Below are positions 1 through 16,584 of a stretch of 64,000 bases of DNA, piece after piece. The DNA is taken from assembly GCF_002854065.1 (NCBI RefSeq), contig NZ_CP024147.1. One strand, 5' to 3'. Position numbers and translations under genes: made by a program. The notes under the pieces are model-generated. The model was not told the DNA's origin, ran no database searches, and was given only the letters and a program-made list of their open reading frames with translations. Origin of the DNA: Escherichia coli (GTDB taxonomy: Bacteria > Pseudomonadota > Gammaproteobacteria > Enterobacterales > Enterobacteriaceae). Position 1 is the stretch's first letter. Each line of letters starts with the position of its first letter.

Positions 1-290
1 CCCTGCACACGTACGCGCTCGGTATAACGCACCAGATGAGGCGAACTGTAGACGCCCACTTTGTACCCTGCCGCCATCAGAATCGACTCCAGCGTACGGC
101 ATGTGGTGCCTTTGCCATTCGTACCCGCAACGGTAAACACAAATGGCGCTGGTTTCAGAACGCCAAGACGCGCCGCGACCTGGCTCACGCGCTCAAGGCC
201 GAGATCGATAGTTTTACTGTGCAGGTTTTCCAGATAAGAAAGCCACGAAGCCAGAGGCGACGCGGCTTGAGGAGTGCGTTTGATAATCAT
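1..290 (-). CDS. folC: Folylpolyglutamate synthase / dihydrofolate synthase FolC, 5' portion (gene runs off the window start)
   Basis: Reverse complement of 288-290 is ATG followed by MIIKRTPQAASPLASW; sits immediately downstream of accD on the same strand as in the accD-folC operon. Confidence 0.85.
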   Translation of the reverse strand, partial: MIIKRTPQAASPLASWLSYLENLHSKTIDLGLERVSQVAARLGVLKPAPFVFTVAGTNGKGTTCRTLESILMAAGYKVGVYSSPHLVRYTERVRVQ

Positions 291-359
291 GGTATCCGCT
301 GATTCGTTACGGTGAGAATAGCAAAAGGGCAGAGCCAGTGGCCCTGCCCTTATCAGTTA

Positions 360-1274
360 TCAGGCCTCAGGTTCCTGATCCGGTACCGGGGGTACCACTA
401 CGCCTTCACGCGGCGCTTCAGGATTCGGCGCTGGCAGATTCATCAACTTCGCCAGAATGCTCGCCAGTTTCAGGCGCATTTCCGGACGACGGACGATCAT
501 GTCGATCGCGCCTTTCTCGATCAGGAATTCACTGCGCTGGAATCCTGGCGGCAGTTTTTCGCGAACGGTCTGTTCGATAACACGCGGACCGGCAAAGCCG
601 ATTAACGCTTTCGGTTCAGCGATGTTGAGATCGCCCAGCATGGCGAAACTTGCAGAAACACCGCCCATCGTCGGGTCGGTCAGCACGGAGATGTACGGCA
701 AGCCGCGCTCCTGCATTTTTGCCAGTGCCGCAGAAGTTTTCGCCATCTGCATCAGCGACATCAGTGCTTCCTGCATACGTGCGCCACCAGAGGCGGAGAA
801 GCAGATCAGCGGGCAGTTATCTTCCAGCGCCTGCTCAACGGCACGCACGAAACGTGCACCCACAACAGACCCCATTGAACCGCCCATAAAGGCGAACTCG
901 AATGCCGCAGCGACAACCGGCATTCCATACAGAGTGCCTTTCATCACCACCAGCGCATCTTTTTCGCCGGTTTCTTTCTGCGCAGATGCCAGACGGTCTT
1001 TATACTTCTTGGAGTCACGAAACTTCAGCACATCTTTCGGCTCAAGCTCGCTACCCAGCTCCACAAGGCTTCCTTCATCTAACAGGCTATGCAGGCGATT
1101 ACGCGCTGTCATACGCATGTGATGGTCACACTTCGGACAGACCTCAAGATTACGTTCCAGCTCAGCGCGGTATAAAACCTGACCGCAGCTATCACACTTA
1201 GTCCACACCCCTTCAGGAATGCTCGCCTTGCGGGTGGGAGTAATGTTGCTTTTAATTCGTTCAATCCAGCTCAT
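360..1274 (-). CDS. accD: Acetyl-CoA carboxylase carboxyltransferase beta subunit
   Basis: Translation MSWIERIK...[10 protein letters not shown]... (zinc-ribbon) ...DQEPEA, 304 aa; track ORF 360..1358 trimmed to the internal Met that matches AccD. Confidence 0.95.
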
Positions 1275-1429
1275 TAGGGACCTTTCTGTCTGAACCTGGT
1301 TCGATGCCAGTTTTATCTTTGGGGACGCATAATGCCATTTTTGCCCCCAACAGACCATGAATGTTGCACATTAAAACATAACAGCCCGAAACTTTGGATA
1401 AAAAAGTGGTCGAACCGCGGAGTTACTTT

Positions 1430-2089
1430 TTATTTTGCGGCGCGTGCCGCAGCGCGTTTGTGACGGATTATTTCGATGACGCCCGGCAAAATAGAAACCA
1501 CAATAATCCCGACGATCAGCAGCTTAAGGTTATCCTGAACCATCGGGATTGTACCGAAGAAATAGCCTGCGTAGGTAAAAAGCAGTACCCACAACAGTGC
1601 GCCGATCACGTTATAAGCGGCGAAATGACGGTACGACATGTGGCCCATTCCCGCAACAAACGGGGCGAACGTTCTGACGATCGGCACAAAACGGGCGAGA
1701 ATAATCGTTTTGCCGCCATGTTTCTCATAAAACTGATGGGTTTTGTCGAGATAACTGCGACGGAAAATTTTCGAATTGGGATTACTGAATAACTTTTCAC
1801 CGAACAACCGCCCGATAGTGTAATTGACCGCGTCACCCACAATCGCGGCGATCAGCATCAGCACCACCATCATATGGACGTTGAGATCGTTGGTTTCCAG
1901 TGATGCCAACGCTCCGGCAACAAACAGCAATGAATCACCCGGTAAAAACGGCGTTACCACCAGACCGGTTTCACAGAACAAAATTAAGAACAAAATGGCA
2001 TAAACCCAGACGCCGTACTCCGCGACCAGCTCTGCCAGATGCACGTCAATGTGCAGGATAAAATCGATGAGGAAATAAATCAGGTCCAT
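1430..2089 (-). CDS. dedA: DedA family inner membrane protein
   Basis: 219-aa hydrophobic [16 protein letters not shown]...; synteny accD-dedA-truA. Confidence 0.9.
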   Translation of the reverse strand: MDLIYFLIDFILHIDVHLAELVAEYGVWVYAILFLILFCETGLVVTPFLPGDSLLFVAGALASLETNDLNVHMMVVLMLIAAIVGDAVNYTIGRLFGEKLFSNPNSKIFRRSYLDKTHQFYEKHGGKTIILARFVPIVRTFAPFVAGMGHMSYRHFAAYNVIGALLWVLLFTYAGYFFGTIPMVQDNLKLLIVGIIVVSILPGVIEIIRHKRAAARAAK

Positions 2090-2171
2090 ATTTGCCTATG
2101 CCTTGTACTCGTCATCTTTCAGGCTGTAACTACGTTGGCTACAGCCTGAAATGTTCCGAGCATTATTCTCG

Positions 2172-2984
2172 TTAGTCCGCCAGAAATAGCGGGCCCATTG
2201 GCGGTTTTGGAAGATCATACCGGTCAGGGTAATCCACCGCGACCAGATACAGCCCTTCCGCTTTTGCCGTTGCTGCCGCCAGCGTTCTGTCCTTTGCCGC
2301 CAGCAACTCTGCTATCCAGCTCTCCGGCTGGTTGTGGGCACCGACTTCCATCAGGCTGCCGACAATATTCCTGACCATATGATGTACAAAGGCATTCGCT
2401 TTGATATCAACCACCACATAAGGACCGTGACGCGTGACATTAATATGCATAACGTTGCGCCACGGGGTTCGGGACTGGCACTGCACCGCACGGAACGAGG
2501 TGAAATCATTCTCGCCCAGCAAGCACTGCGCAGCCCGATGCATCCGTTCAGCGTCCAGCGGTTCGTAAAAATGGGTTACCCCTTTACTCAGTACCGCCGG
2601 GCGCAGCCGATGATTGTAGATGATGTAGCGATAACGGCGAGCCGTGGCGCTAAATCGGGCATGAAAATCATCAGGTACAGCTTTAACCCAACGCACGGCG
2701 ATGTCACCAGGTAAATTCGCATTTACGCCCAACGTCCACGCAGCGTCTTTGCGCTGCGCGGTAGTTTCGAAATGCACAACCTGCCCGGTACCGTGTACCC
2801 CTGCGTCAGTACGCCCGGCGCAGAAGACGGTGATGGGTTCGTTCGCCACCTGGGAGAGCGCCTTTTCCAGCTTCTCCTGCACACTGCGGACTTCATTCTG
2901 CCGTTGCCAGCCGTAATACTTACTGCCGTCGTACTCAATGCCCAGCGCAATTTTATAAACTGGCGGTTGTTGCTGGTCGGACAT
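2172..2984 (-). CDS. truA: tRNA pseudouridine(38-40) synthase
   Basis: 270-aa [32 protein letters not shown]... with the RTDAGVH catalytic-Asp motif. Confidence 0.95.
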   Translation of the reverse strand: MSDQQQPPVYKIALGIEYDGSKYYGWQRQNEVRSVQEKLEKALSQVANEPITVFCAGRTDAGVHGTGQVVHFETTAQRKDAAWTLGVNANLPGDIAVRWVKAVPDDFHARFSATARRYRYIIYNHRLRPAVLSKGVTHFYEPLDAERMHRAAQCLLGENDFTSFRAVQCQSRTPWRNVMHINVTRHGPYVVVDIKANAFVHHMVRNIVGSLMEVGAHNQPESWIAELLAAKDRTLAAATAKAEGLYLVAVDYPDRYDLPKPPMGPLFLAD

Positions 2985-3997
2985 TAGTACAGATACTCCT
3001 GCACCAGTTTCTCGGCGATTTTTACTGCCATCAGCGCGCCGCCAAAGCGAACGTTATCGGCCACCGACCAGAACTGGACTTGCTCCGGCATACCGTAGTC
3101 ATTACGCACGCAGCCAACAGAAAGATGCGGCGTACCCGAAGCATCACCTACCTGAGTTGGGAATTCGTTCTCTTCAGAGAGCACAATATCTTCCCCTTGA
3201 ACAAACGCATCACGCGCTTCTTCTGCTGCCAGTGGACGCAGAGCTTCAAAGTTGACCATCTGGGCATGACCGTAGAATACCGGTGCCTGGACGACGCTTG
3301 CCGAAATCATCAGTCCTTCGTCCTGCAGGATTTTGCGTACTTCGTCAACGATACGACGTTCTTCACGCACGCTACCTTCGCTATCCGGCAGTAACGGCAG
3401 CATGTTGAACGCCAGCTGACGCCCGAAGAAATCTTCTTCGTCAATCGGAATGCCGTTGAGCAATTTCGCACTCTGCCCCGCTAACGCATCGACCGCTTTT
3501 TTGCCCTGGGCGGAGGCTGAAATCAGGCTGGTAACACTGATACGCGACAAACCGCCCTGATCGATTAACGGTTTCAGTGCCGCCAGCAGCTGGCTGGTCA
3601 GACTGTCTGGTACGGCGATGACATTCCGGTTGCGGTAATCGGTCAGTACAAACGGGTTTACTTCCGGCACCACCAGCGGTACGTCGGGTTCGAGAGCAAA
3701 CAATCCGCTGCTGTCGATCACCAGGCAACCTGAGTTGGTCGCTTCTTCAACCCAGGCAGCGGTAGCTTCTTTGCCTGCGACAAAAAATGCCAGCTGCGCC
3801 TGCGTCCAGTCGAATTCAGCAGCATCCTGCACGGTGATTGTCTTACCACCAAAGCGCAGTTGTTCGCCTGCGCTTTCGTTACGTGCCAGTGCATAAATTT
3901 CCCCAACCGGGAACTGACGTTCAGCCAGCGTTTCAAGCAGGGCTTCGCCCACAGCGCCAGTTGCGCCCAGGACGGCAATGTTCCAGCCTTCAGACAT
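2984..3997 (-). CDS. usg: USG-1 protein, aspartate-semialdehyde dehydrogenase paralogue
   Basis: 337-aa ORF with N-terminal Rossmann GATGAVG motif; stop overlaps truA start; conserved position. Confidence 0.9.
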
Positions 3998-4062
3998 GGT
4001 GGTTTACTCCAGAAATAGCAAAGCTCCCTGCCAATGTTACAGCAGAGAGCATGAAGAAGAGA

Positions 4063-5199
4063 TTAACGTGCCGGATGATGAACGGCGTTAAAACCCAGTT
4101 TACACAGCAATGATGCCGCACTGGCGTCATCACAAATTACATACAGAGATGACCATTCACGGCGCTCAAGATAGTTTTTGCGCAGTTTATCGAACTCACC
4201 CGGTATCCCGGCGACTTTACGCAGCGGTGCGTCATCGCGGCGCACATCATACACCAAATGCACCAGCCTTTTCAGCGTCGGTTGATCGAGCGGGCCATGC
4301 AGCGTAATGCGACCAAACTCTGGCGCGGGTAGTAATGTATCCAGCGCAACGTGCTGTTCATGCCCAATAAACTTGCTATAGGCTTCAAACACTTGCGTAG
4401 TACCGCGTGCTTTACCTTCCAGGGTATAGCCTGCAATATGCGGCGTGCCGATATCCACTTTTGTCAGCAATTCCACATTAAGTTCCGGTTCGCCTTCCCA
4501 GACATCCAGCACTACGCTTAACTTCTGGCCTTCATTCAGGCAGGTCAGCAACGCAGTATTATCGACGACTGCGCCACGGCAGGCGTTAATCAGAATCGCT
4601 CCCGGCTTCAGGCTACGGATCAGTTTTTCATCCGCCAGATGCAGCGTTTTGTACGGCCCGTCTTTGAAGAGTGGCGTATGGAAAGTCAGAATATCCGCGC
4701 GCTGAACTAACTCATCCAGCGAGCGGAAATCACCCTCATCCCCACGGTCGGCGCGAGGCGGATCGCAAAGTAAGGTTTTAATCCCTAACGCATCCAGTCG
4801 TGCCTGTAAACGCCGACCAACGTTACCAACGCCCACGATCCCCACGGTACGCTCGTGCAGTGAAAATCCATCGCGTTCGGCAAGCATCAGCAGGGAGGAG
4901 AAAACATATTCCACCACCGCAATCGCATTACAGCCAGGTGCAGCGGAAAAACCAATTCCCGCCTGCTTTAACCATGCTTCATCGACATGGTCGGTCCCCG
5001 CAGTGGCAGTGCCAACAAATTTAATGGGTTTTCCTGCCAGCAAAGATTCATTCACTTTCGTGACCGAACGCACCATCAGCGCATCCGCGTCTGCCAGTTG
5101 AGCGACGGGGATTGGACGCCCGGGAACCGCGATCACCTCACCCAAACGGCTAAATAAGTCGCGGGCATAAGGCATATTTTCATCAACAAGGATTTTCAC
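4063..5199 (-). CDS. pdxB: Erythronate-4-phosphate dehydrogenase
   Basis: 378-aa [19 protein letters not shown]..., D-2-hydroxyacid dehydrogenase family, conserved position. Confidence 0.95.
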   Translation of the reverse strand: MKILVDENMPYARDLFSRLGEVIAVPGRPIPVAQLADADALMVRSVTKVNESLLAGKPIKFVGTATAGTDHVDEAWLKQAGIGFSAAPGCNAIAVVEYVFSSLLMLAERDGFSLHERTVGIVGVGNVGRRLQARLDALGIKTLLCDPPRADRGDEGDFRSLDELVQRADILTFHTPLFKDGPYKTLHLADEKLIRSLKPGAILINACRGAVVDNTALLTCLNEGQKLSVVLDVWEGEPELNVELLTKVDIGTPHIAGYTLEGKARGTTQVFEAYSKFIGHEQHVALDTLLPAPEFGRITLHGPLDQPTLKRLVHLVYDVRRDDAPLRKVAGIPGEFDKLRKNYLERREWSSLYVICDDASAASLLCKLGFNAVHHPAR

Positions 5200-5297
5200 G
5201 TTTGTGTTACCTGTATGAGACGAGAGTTAACCGGACAAGTGTGCCATAATCTCGCGGCCAGGCATACTTGCGAAGATTTCAGGTATAAGGATACGTA

Positions 5298-7471
<2,174 letters not shown>

Positions 7472-7630
7472 TTACTCCAGAATGCAGCGCAAGGCGAGGA
7501 GTATCCCCGTCTCATCTCTCTGGTTTCAGGGTTACGGTGCGTTGGCAGGAATTAACGCGTACGTCTTTTCAGAAGGAAATCGACAAAGCGGGAAGTTTGC
7601 CTGGTACAGGCGGCGATTGTCAATGATGTG

Positions 7631-7656
7631 AAAAAGGGAACCATCAGGTTCCCTTT
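7631..7656 (-). terminator. Intrinsic terminator downstream of fabB
   Basis: Hairpin AAGGGAACC/GGTTCCCTT followed on the minus strand by a T-run. Confidence 0.6.
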
Positions 7657-7664
7657 GGCGTTAG

Positions 7665-7740
7665 TGCCGGAGGCCGCATTGGCGCGTAACGTCGGATGCG
7701 ACGCTGGCGCGTCTTATCCGACCTACTCCGGCCTACTGCG
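7665..7740. repeat. REP (repetitive extragenic palindrome) element(s)
   Basis: GCCGGAGGCCGCATTGGCGCG...GTCGGATGCGACGCTGGCGCGTCTTATCCGACCTAC... typical REP consensus in the yfcJ-fabB intergenic region. Confidence 0.8.
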
Positions 7741-7742
7741 AA

Positions 7743-8963
7743 TTAATCTTTCAGCTTGCGCATTACCAGCGTGGCGTTGGTGCCGCCGAAGCCGAAGCTG
7801 TTAGACATAACAGTGGTCAGTTCGCGATCGGTCGTTTCGGTCACGATGTTCAGACCCGCAGCCTGCTCGTCCAGCTCTTCAATGTTGATGCTCGGGGCGA
7901 TAAAGCCGTGTTCCAGCATCAGCAGAGAGTAGATAGCTTCCTGTACGCCAGCAGCGCCCAGAGAGTGACCGGTCATGGCTTTGGTTGCAGAAATCGCCGG
8001 GCTCTTATCGCCGAACACTTCACGGATAGCTGCCAGCTCTTTCACGTCGCCAACCGGAGTCGAAGTACCGTGGGAGTTCAGGTAATCGATTGGGGTATCA
8101 ACGCCATGCATCGCCATCTTCATGCAGCGTACTGCGCCTTCGCCAGACGGAGCAACCATGTCTGCGCCATCAGACGTTGCGCCGTAGCCAACGATTTCAG
8201 CATAGATATGAGCACCACGCGCCAGCGCGTGTTCCAGCTCTTCAACCACCACCATACCGCCGCCGCCAGCGATAACGAAACCGTCACGGTGAGCATCGTA
8301 AGTACGGGAGGCTTTTTCCGGGGTGTCGTTGTATTTAGTAGACAGCGCACCCATTGCGTCGAATTCGCAAGCCATTTCCCAGCACAGCTCTTCGCCGCCG
8401 CCAGCAAACACGATGTCCTGTTTGCCCAGTTGGATCTGCTCTACTGCGTTACCGATACAGTGTGCGGAAGTCGCACACGCGGAGCTGATGGAGTAGTTAA
8501 CGCCATGAATTTTAAACGGGGTGGCGAGGCAGGCAGAAACGCCGGATGCCATCGCTTTGGTGACCACATATGGGCCAACCGCTTTCAGGCCGCGCGGACC
8601 GCGCATTGCGTCAGCGCCGAACACCTGGAAACGCGGGGAGCCGCCGCCGGAACCTGCAATCAGGCCAACGCGCGGATTATTCTGGTAAGCTTCCGGGGAG
8701 AGGCCCGCATCAGCGATTGCCTGCTCCATAGAAAGGAATGCATAAATGGATGCGTCGCTCATAAAGCGCACAACTTTGCGGTCAATGAGGCCAGTGGTAT
8801 CCAGTTTTACGTTGCCCCAGACGTGGCTACGCATGCCGGAATCCTTCAGCTCCTGAGAGAAAGTGATCCCTGAACGTCCTTCACGCAGAGATGCCAGGAC
8901 TTCCTGCTGGTTATTACCGATGCTGGAAACAATGCCCAGGCCAGTAATCACTGCACGTTTCAT
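7743..8963 (-). CDS. fabB: 3-oxoacyl-ACP synthase I (KAS I)
   Basis: 406-aa [21 protein letters not shown]... with active-site Cys region SSACATS and HGTSTPVGD. Confidence 0.97.
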
Positions 8964-9055
8964 TCAATACCTCTGTAAGTCGCACATAGAGTAAGTTTCG
9001 AATGCACAATAGCGTACACTTGTACGCCGAACAAGTCCGATCAGCCAATTAATAG

Positions 9056-11128
<2,073 letters not shown>

Positions 11129-11141
11129 CCAGCTTTGGCAT

Positions 11142-11242
<101 letters not shown>

Positions 11243-11248
11243 CGCAAC

Positions 11249-11527
11249 TTACTGCTGTGACGCCTGCTGAAACAGGTTTTCCCACATATCGGTCACCAGC
11301 GCCTGGTCACGCGGCGACAATTCACCAGCACCAATGGCTTTTTCCAGACTCTGGCTAACGGTCGTATGCACCGCCTGAGCGGAGTGGTCATCACCACTTT
11401 CCAGTTCTGCGATGGCTAATGTCAGGTGGCCACGCAAATACCCACTGGCAAACAACTCATCATCACTGGCATGGTCAACCATACCGTCGATTAATGCCAG
11501 AATGCGTGATTCAAACTCCGCGATCAT
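11249..11527 (-). CDS. yfcL: Uncharacterised protein YfcL
   Basis: 92-aa ORF, conserved position. Confidence 0.8.
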
Positions 11528-11560
11528 CTTCTTTCCTCATTGTAAAACGTGGCGCTGGCT

Positions 11561-12109
11561 TCAGTTGAGCGCTTCCGGCCACGGGAACTGTTCCGCCGTA
11601 AGTTCCGGCGTGTGATAATAATTTTGTAGTGCTTTAATGAAACGTGCCGGGCGTTCCGGAATGCCATTTGTTAGATAATCCATCACCTGCGCATGTACTC
11701 GCCGTTGAAACACCACGCGGTCCGGTTCGAAGTCGCCTTCCAGATTGTCGCAACTGACGTTAAACGGATATCCAGCCGCCACGCAGAACAACCAGTCGAG
11801 CGCCTGCGGCTTCACTTCAACATCTTCAAACTGGCTTTGCGTTTGGGCATCGCGTCCGTCCGGGCAATACCAGTAGCCGAAATCAACCAGCTCACGGCGC
11901 GCTTTTCCGGCAATACACCAGTGCGAAATCTCATGAATTGCGCTGGCATAAAAGCCATGAGCAAAGACGATTCGGTTATACGGTACTTCCGCATCAGCAG
12001 GAAGATAGATCGGTTCGTCGTCGCCTTTAATCAGACGGGTATTAAAATCATCGGCAAAGCAGCTATTAAAAATTTCAATCAACTGCTCATAGTGGTGTGT
12101 ACTGTTCAT
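11561..12109 (-). CDS. epmC: Elongation factor P hydroxylase EpmC (YfcM)
   Basis: 182-aa ORF MNSTHHYEQLIEIFNSCF..., conserved position. Confidence 0.9.
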   Translation of the reverse strand: MNSTHHYEQLIEIFNSCFADDFNTRLIKGDDEPIYLPADAEVPYNRIVFAHGFYASAIHEISHWCIAGKARRELVDFGYWYCPDGRDAQTQSQFEDVEVKPQALDWLFCVAAGYPFNVSCDNLEGDFEPDRVVFQRRVHAQVMDYLTNGIPERPARFIKALQNYYHTPELTAEQFPWPEALN

Positions 12110-12918
12110 TAGTTCATCCCCAACCAGTGGAGGATCTCCTGTCCGTGGCTATCATAAAGTAATTTGGCACTCATCACCGCCGAGACGATAACGATCATCG
12201 GGCGGATCAGTTTTTGTCCTTTGCTCAACACCAGTCTTGAACCCATGCGCGCGCCGAGGAACTGCCCCACCAGCATCACAAAGCCCGTCGCCCAAATCAC
12301 TTTGCCGCCGAGAATAAACAGCAGTAAGCCGCCGATGTTTGACGTTGCGTTGAGCAATTTGGCGTGAGCCGTGGCTTTGGCGAGGTTAAATCCGCACAGC
12401 GTAACAAAGGCCAGCGCGTAAAACGATCCGGCTGCCGGACCAAAGAATCCGTCGTAAAAACCGACGCAGCCACCGGCAATTAACGCGAAGGGTAAACCGT
12501 ACATCCGGCGCTGGCGGTCTTCTTCACCCAGCTTTGGCATCAGCAAGAAATAGAGGCCGATACAAATCACCAGAATAGGCAAAATCTGCCTCAAGACATC
12601 AGCCTGAACGTATTGCACCAGCAGCGCGCCGCTCATTGAGCCGACAAAGGTCATGGCGATATTGAGTTTCTGATCGCTTAAACTAACCACTTTGCGGCGA
12701 ATAAAGTAGATAGTGGCGGAAATAGAGCCGCCGCAGGCTTGCAGTTTATTGGTTGCCAGCGCATTAGCGGGAGACATCCCCGCCGCCATCAATGCCGGAA
12801 TGGTGAGTAACCCACCGCCACCGGCAATCGAGTCGATAAATCCCGCCAGCATGGCGACAAAAAAGAGAACTCCCAGCAACAGCGGGGAAACCATAAACAG
12901 GCTATTAAACGTTTCCAT
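12109..12918 (-). CDS. yfcA: TauE/SafE-family membrane protein YfcA
   Basis: 269-aa polytopic membrane ORF; start/stop overlaps with neighbours. Confidence 0.9.
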   Translation of the reverse strand: METFNSLFMVSPLLLGVLFFVAMLAGFIDSIAGGGGLLTIPALMAAGMSPANALATNKLQACGGSISATIYFIRRKVVSLSDQKLNIAMTFVGSMSGALLVQYVQADVLRQILPILVICIGLYFLLMPKLGEEDRQRRMYGLPFALIAGGCVGFYDGFFGPAAGSFYALAFVTLCGFNLAKATAHAKLLNATSNIGGLLLFILGGKVIWATGFVMLVGQFLGARMGSRLVLSKGQKLIRPMIVIVSAVMSAKLLYDSHGQEILHWLGMN

Positions 12919-13742
12919 TAGATCACGTGCTCATCCAGTAGCGCCTGGCAGGAAGGCGGCAACGGAGGCGGTGTCTTCTTCTCAGGCTTTGTTGTTCCCG
13001 GTTTTGGAGGTTCAAACCAGCTTTGCAGTTCTGCCCCGCAACCATCGCCTGATGGCGGTAAAGGTTGATCTTCACACTCCAGACTATCGGCAGGGCAACG
13101 TAATCGTACATGCATATGCGCGCGATGCTGGAACCAGGGTCGCACTTTGCGCAACCAGTCGCGATCGGTGCCCGCATCAAGGCAAAGTTGTTGTTTAATC
13201 GCCGGATTAACAAAAATGCGCGTGACGTCTTTGTCCTGGGCGGCGAGTTTGATCAAGCTGAAAATTTCCGGCTTCCACAGCGTGGGGACAACGCGTTTAC
13301 CGTCGCGGGATACTAAGTCCAGTGCTTGCGGGCGCAAGAGCTGCGCGGAGGTCCAGCGAGTTTTCGGCAGTTGCAGAAAGATATCGACATCCAGTCCGGT
13401 CTGGTGGCTGGCATGACCGCCGTTGAAACGCCCACCAGCGGGCATCCCCATATCGCCAATCAGCACCGTACCCATGCCCAGATTGCTCACCTGGCTACTC
13501 AGACGCTGGATAAACATCACCAGGTCCGGGTGACCGAAATAGCGACGCTGATCGGTACGCATGACCTGATAATGTTCGGACTGTATCGGCAGCGTGTCAG
13601 CGCCGACGATACAGCCATTAGAAAAACTGCCTATCGATTGTGCGCTACCCAGCACAGGTTGGGTTATTTTTTGCCACGGCGTCGCTGCCAGGCTGGCGCT
13701 ACTGGCAAGCAGGGCCAGCAGCGCAATCGCGGTTTTGTTCAT
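12918..13742 (-). CDS. mepA: Penicillin-insensitive murein DD-endopeptidase MepA
   Basis: 274-aa ORF with signal peptide [19 protein letters not shown]. Confidence 0.9.
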   Translation of the reverse strand: MNKTAIALLALLASSASLAATPWQKITQPVLGSAQSIGSFSNGCIVGADTLPIQSEHYQVMRTDQRRYFGHPDLVMFIQRLSSQVSNLGMGTVLIGDMGMPAGGRFNGGHASHQTGLDVDIFLQLPKTRWTSAQLLRPQALDLVSRDGKRVVPTLWKPEIFSLIKLAAQDKDVTRIFVNPAIKQQLCLDAGTDRDWLRKVRPWFQHRAHMHVRLRCPADSLECEDQPLPPSGDGCGAELQSWFEPPKPGTTKPEKKTPPPLPPSCQALLDEHVI

Positions 13743-13745
13743 TTT

Positions 13746-14831
13746 TTACCAGCGTGGAATATCAGTCTTCACATCGGCATTTTGCGCCCGCTGCCGTAGC
13801 AGGTGATCCATTAAAACGATCGCCAGCATCGCTTCAGCGATCGGCACCGCGCGGATCCCGACACAGGGATCGTGACGGCCTTTGGTGATCATCTCAACTT
13901 CTTCGCCAAAGCGGTTAATGGTGCGCCCCGGCACGGTAATGCTGGAAGTCGGTTTCAGCGCCATATGGGCAATGATTTGCTGGCCGCTGCTGATACCGCC
14001 AAGAATACCGCCCGCATGGTTGCTCTGGAAACCGTCTTTGGTGATTTCGTCGCGGTTCTGGCTGCCACGCAGCGCTACGACGTCAAAACCATCACCAATT
14101 TCCACACCTTTCACCGCGTTAATGCTCATTAGCGCATGGGCGATGTCGGCATCCAGGCGATCAAAAACTGGCTCACCAAGCCCGGCAGGAACGCCACTGA
14201 CAACAACGGTGACTTTCGCACCAATAGAGTCGCCCTCTTTTTTCAGCGCGCGCATCAGTTCATCTAACGCGTCGATTTTGTCCGGGTCCGGGCAGAAGAA
14301 CGGATTTTGCTCGACCTGCGACCAGTCTTTGATTTCCAGCGGAATGTCGCCCATCTGGGTCAGGCAGCCGCGAATTTCGATGCCAAATTTCTTGGCGAGA
14401 TATTTTTTGGCAATCGCTCCTGCCGCAACACGCATGGCAGTTTCACGAGCGGAAGAGCGCCCGCCGCCGCGATAATCACGCAGACCGTATTTTTGTTCGT
14501 AGGTGTAATCAGCATGGCCTGGGCGGAAAACATCTTTAATTGCGCTGTAATCCTGAGAACGCTGATCAGTGTTTTCGATCAACAAACCGATGCTGGTGCC
14601 GGTAGTAACACCTTCAAAAACACCGGAGAGAATTTTGACCTGATCCGGTTCGCGGCGCTGGGTGGTATAGCGCGATGTCCCAGGGCGACGACGGTCGAGG
14701 TCATGTTGCAGGTCCGCTTCTGTTAGCGGAATGCCTGGCGGAACACCATCGACGATGCAGCCGAGCGCCAGCCCGTGCGATTCGCCGAAGGTGGTTACGC
14801 GAAAGAGTTGTCCAATTGTGTTTCCAGCCAT
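13746..14831 (-). CDS. aroC: Chorismate synthase
   Basis: [23 protein letters not shown]... (track has one extra upstream Met). Confidence 0.95.
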   Translation of the reverse strand: MAGNTIGQLFRVTTFGESHGLALGCIVDGVPPGIPLTEADLQHDLDRRRPGTSRYTTQRREPDQVKILSGVFEGVTTGTSIGLLIENTDQRSQDYSAIKDVFRPGHADYTYEQKYGLRDYRGGGRSSARETAMRVAAGAIAKKYLAKKFGIEIRGCLTQMGDIPLEIKDWSQVEQNPFFCPDPDKIDALDELMRALKKEGDSIGAKVTVVVSGVPAGLGEPVFDRLDADIAHALMSINAVKGVEIGDGFDVVALRGSQNRDEITKDGFQSNHAGGILGGISSGQQIIAHMALKPTSSITVPGRTINRFGEEVEMITKGRHDPCVGIRAVPIAEAMLAIVLMDHLLRQRAQNADVKTDIPRW

Positions 14832-14865
14832 CACGGCTCCGTTATTGTTGTGTTTGCGTGTTTAC

Positions 14866-15798
14866 TTAATCTTTATAAATCGCGAAATGTTCACGGGCCG
14901 CCAGCAGCTGCTCTTTGGTGAGCATAAACACACCATCGCCGCCGTTATCAAACTCCAGCCAGGTGAACGGAACATCCGGATATTGTTCCATAAGATGTAC
15001 CATGCTGTTGCCGACTTCACAAATCAGCACACCATCATCAGCAAGGTAATCTGCCGCGTTACCGAGAATGCGACGCGTCAGTTTCAGGCCGTCGGTGCCA
15101 GATGCCAGGCCCAGTTCCGGCTCGTGGCGGTATTCATTTGGCAGGTCGGACATATCTTCCGCATCGACATACGGCGGGTTAGTGACGATCAGGTCGTACT
15201 GCACTTTCGGCAAATCACGGAACAGATCGGAACGAATCGGGATGACATTGTGGATCAGACCGTGTTCTTCGATGTTCTGTTCGGCAACCGCCAGCGCGTC
15301 GGGAGAGATATCTACCGCATCGACTTCTGCTTCCGGGAAGGCATAAGCACAGGCAATGGCAATGCAGCCGCTACCGGTACACATATCTAAAATATGCTGC
15401 GGTTGCTTGCTGATTAGCCCGGCAAATTTATTGTTGATCAGTTCACCAATCGGCGAGCGCGGCACCAGCACGCGTTCATCGACGTAAAATTCATGACCGC
15501 AGAACCAGGCTTTATTGGTCAGGTAAGCCACCGGAATGCGTTCGTTGACGCGGCGGATCACGCGCTCAACAATACGGTGTTTTTCGCTGGAGGTCAGACG
15601 CGCGGTGCGCATATCTTCCGGAATATCCAGCGGCAGGTAGAGCGACGGCAACACCAATTGTACCGCTTCATCCCACGGGTTATCGGTGCCGTGACCGTAC
15701 CAGATATTTGCCGCGCTGAAGCGGCTAACCGACCAGCGCAACATGTCCTGAATGGTTTGCAGCTCATTAACTGCTTCATCAACGAAAATTTTATCCAC
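14866..15798 (-). CDS. prmB: Ribosomal protein uL3 glutamine methyltransferase PrmB
   Basis: Track ORF is over-extended; conserved protein begins at a GTG (15796-15798) ...DKIFVDEAV...; methyltransferase motif IVTNPPY present. Confidence 0.88.
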   Translation of the reverse strand: MDKIFVDEAVNELQTIQDMLRWSVSRFSAANIWYGHGTDNPWDEAVQLVLPSLYLPLDIPEDMRTARLTSSEKHRIVERVIRRVNERIPVAYLTNKAWFCGHEFYVDERVLVPRSPIGELINNKFAGLISKQPQHILDMCTGSGCIAIACAYAFPEAEVDAVDISPDALAVAEQNIEEHGLIHNVIPIRSDLFRDLPKVQYDLIVTNPPYVDAEDMSDLPNEYRHEPELGLASGTDGLKLTRRILGNAADYLADDGVLICEVGNSMVHLMEQYPDVPFTWLEFDNGGDGVFMLTKEQLLAAREHFAIYKD

Positions 15799-15963
15799 GT
15801 ATTCCTCCAGGGCATGATCGCAATAATTTCGGCGGCTAGTTTGCCATGAAGATGACGATAAATCAGCATTCACGCGCGGTGAGTGAGGAAAAATACGTTT
15901 AAAACGATCGATTGCGCTACGAGTCGGGTAAACTGTAGGAAAATTAGAAATAGAGACGCATAA

Positions 15964-16515
15964 ATGAAAAAGAAAACAACACTTAGCGAGGAGGACCAGG
16001 CTCTGTTTCGCCAGTTGATGGCGGGGACTCGCAAGATTAAGCAGGACACCATTGTCCATCGGCCGCAGCGTAAAAAAGTCAGCGAAGTGCCCGTCAAACG
16101 GTTGATTCAGGAGCAGGTTGACGCCAGTCACTATTTCTCTGACGAATTTCAACCGTTATTAAATGCTGATGGCCCGGTGAAGTATGTACGCCCTGGTGTA
16201 GACCATTTTGAGGCGAAAAAGCTGCGCCGCGGCGATTATTCACCTGAGCTTTTCCTCGATTTACATGGTTTGACGCAAATGCAGGCCAAGCAGGAGCTGG
16301 GCGCGTTGATTGCCGCCTGCCGCCGTGAACATGTGTTTTGCGCTTGCGTAATGCACGGGCACGGGAAGCATATTTTAAAACAGCAAACGCCGCTGTGGCT
16401 GGCGCAACATCCGCATGTAATGGCATTTCACCAGGCGCCGAAAGAGTACGGCGGAGATGCAGCGTTGTTAGTGTTGATTGAAGTGGAAGAGTGGCTACCG
16501 CCGGAGTTGCCGTGA
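15964..16515 (+). CDS. smrB: Smr-domain ribosome rescue endonuclease SmrB
   Basis: 183-aa ORF with Smr domain ([12 protein letters not shown]...). Confidence 0.9.
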   Translation: MKKKTTLSEEDQALFRQLMAGTRKIKQDTIVHRPQRKKVSEVPVKRLIQEQVDASHYFSDEFQPLLNADGPVKYVRPGVDHFEAKKLRRGDYSPELFLDLHGLTQMQAKQELGALIAACRREHVFCACVMHGHGKHILKQQTPLWLAQHPHVMAFHQAPKEYGGDAALLVLIEVEEWLPPELP

Positions 16516-16584
16516 ATTGTTGAGCGCATTGCGCCAGGAGCGGGGAATGGCAGGGTCGAAGACCCTGCCTGGTGGTTCTAAGGG

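Noticed and set aside
457-1122. Long plus-strand ORFs antisense to accD (also 7908..8873 antisense to fabB, 20413..21012 and 21217..21612 antisense to the usher, 58268..58921 and 58925..59965 antisense to IS66 genes, 13882..14475 antisense to aroC)
   Set aside because: They lie entirely inside well-supported genes on the other strand, have no RBS and show low-complexity composition; typical shadow ORFs of GC-rich coding sequence.
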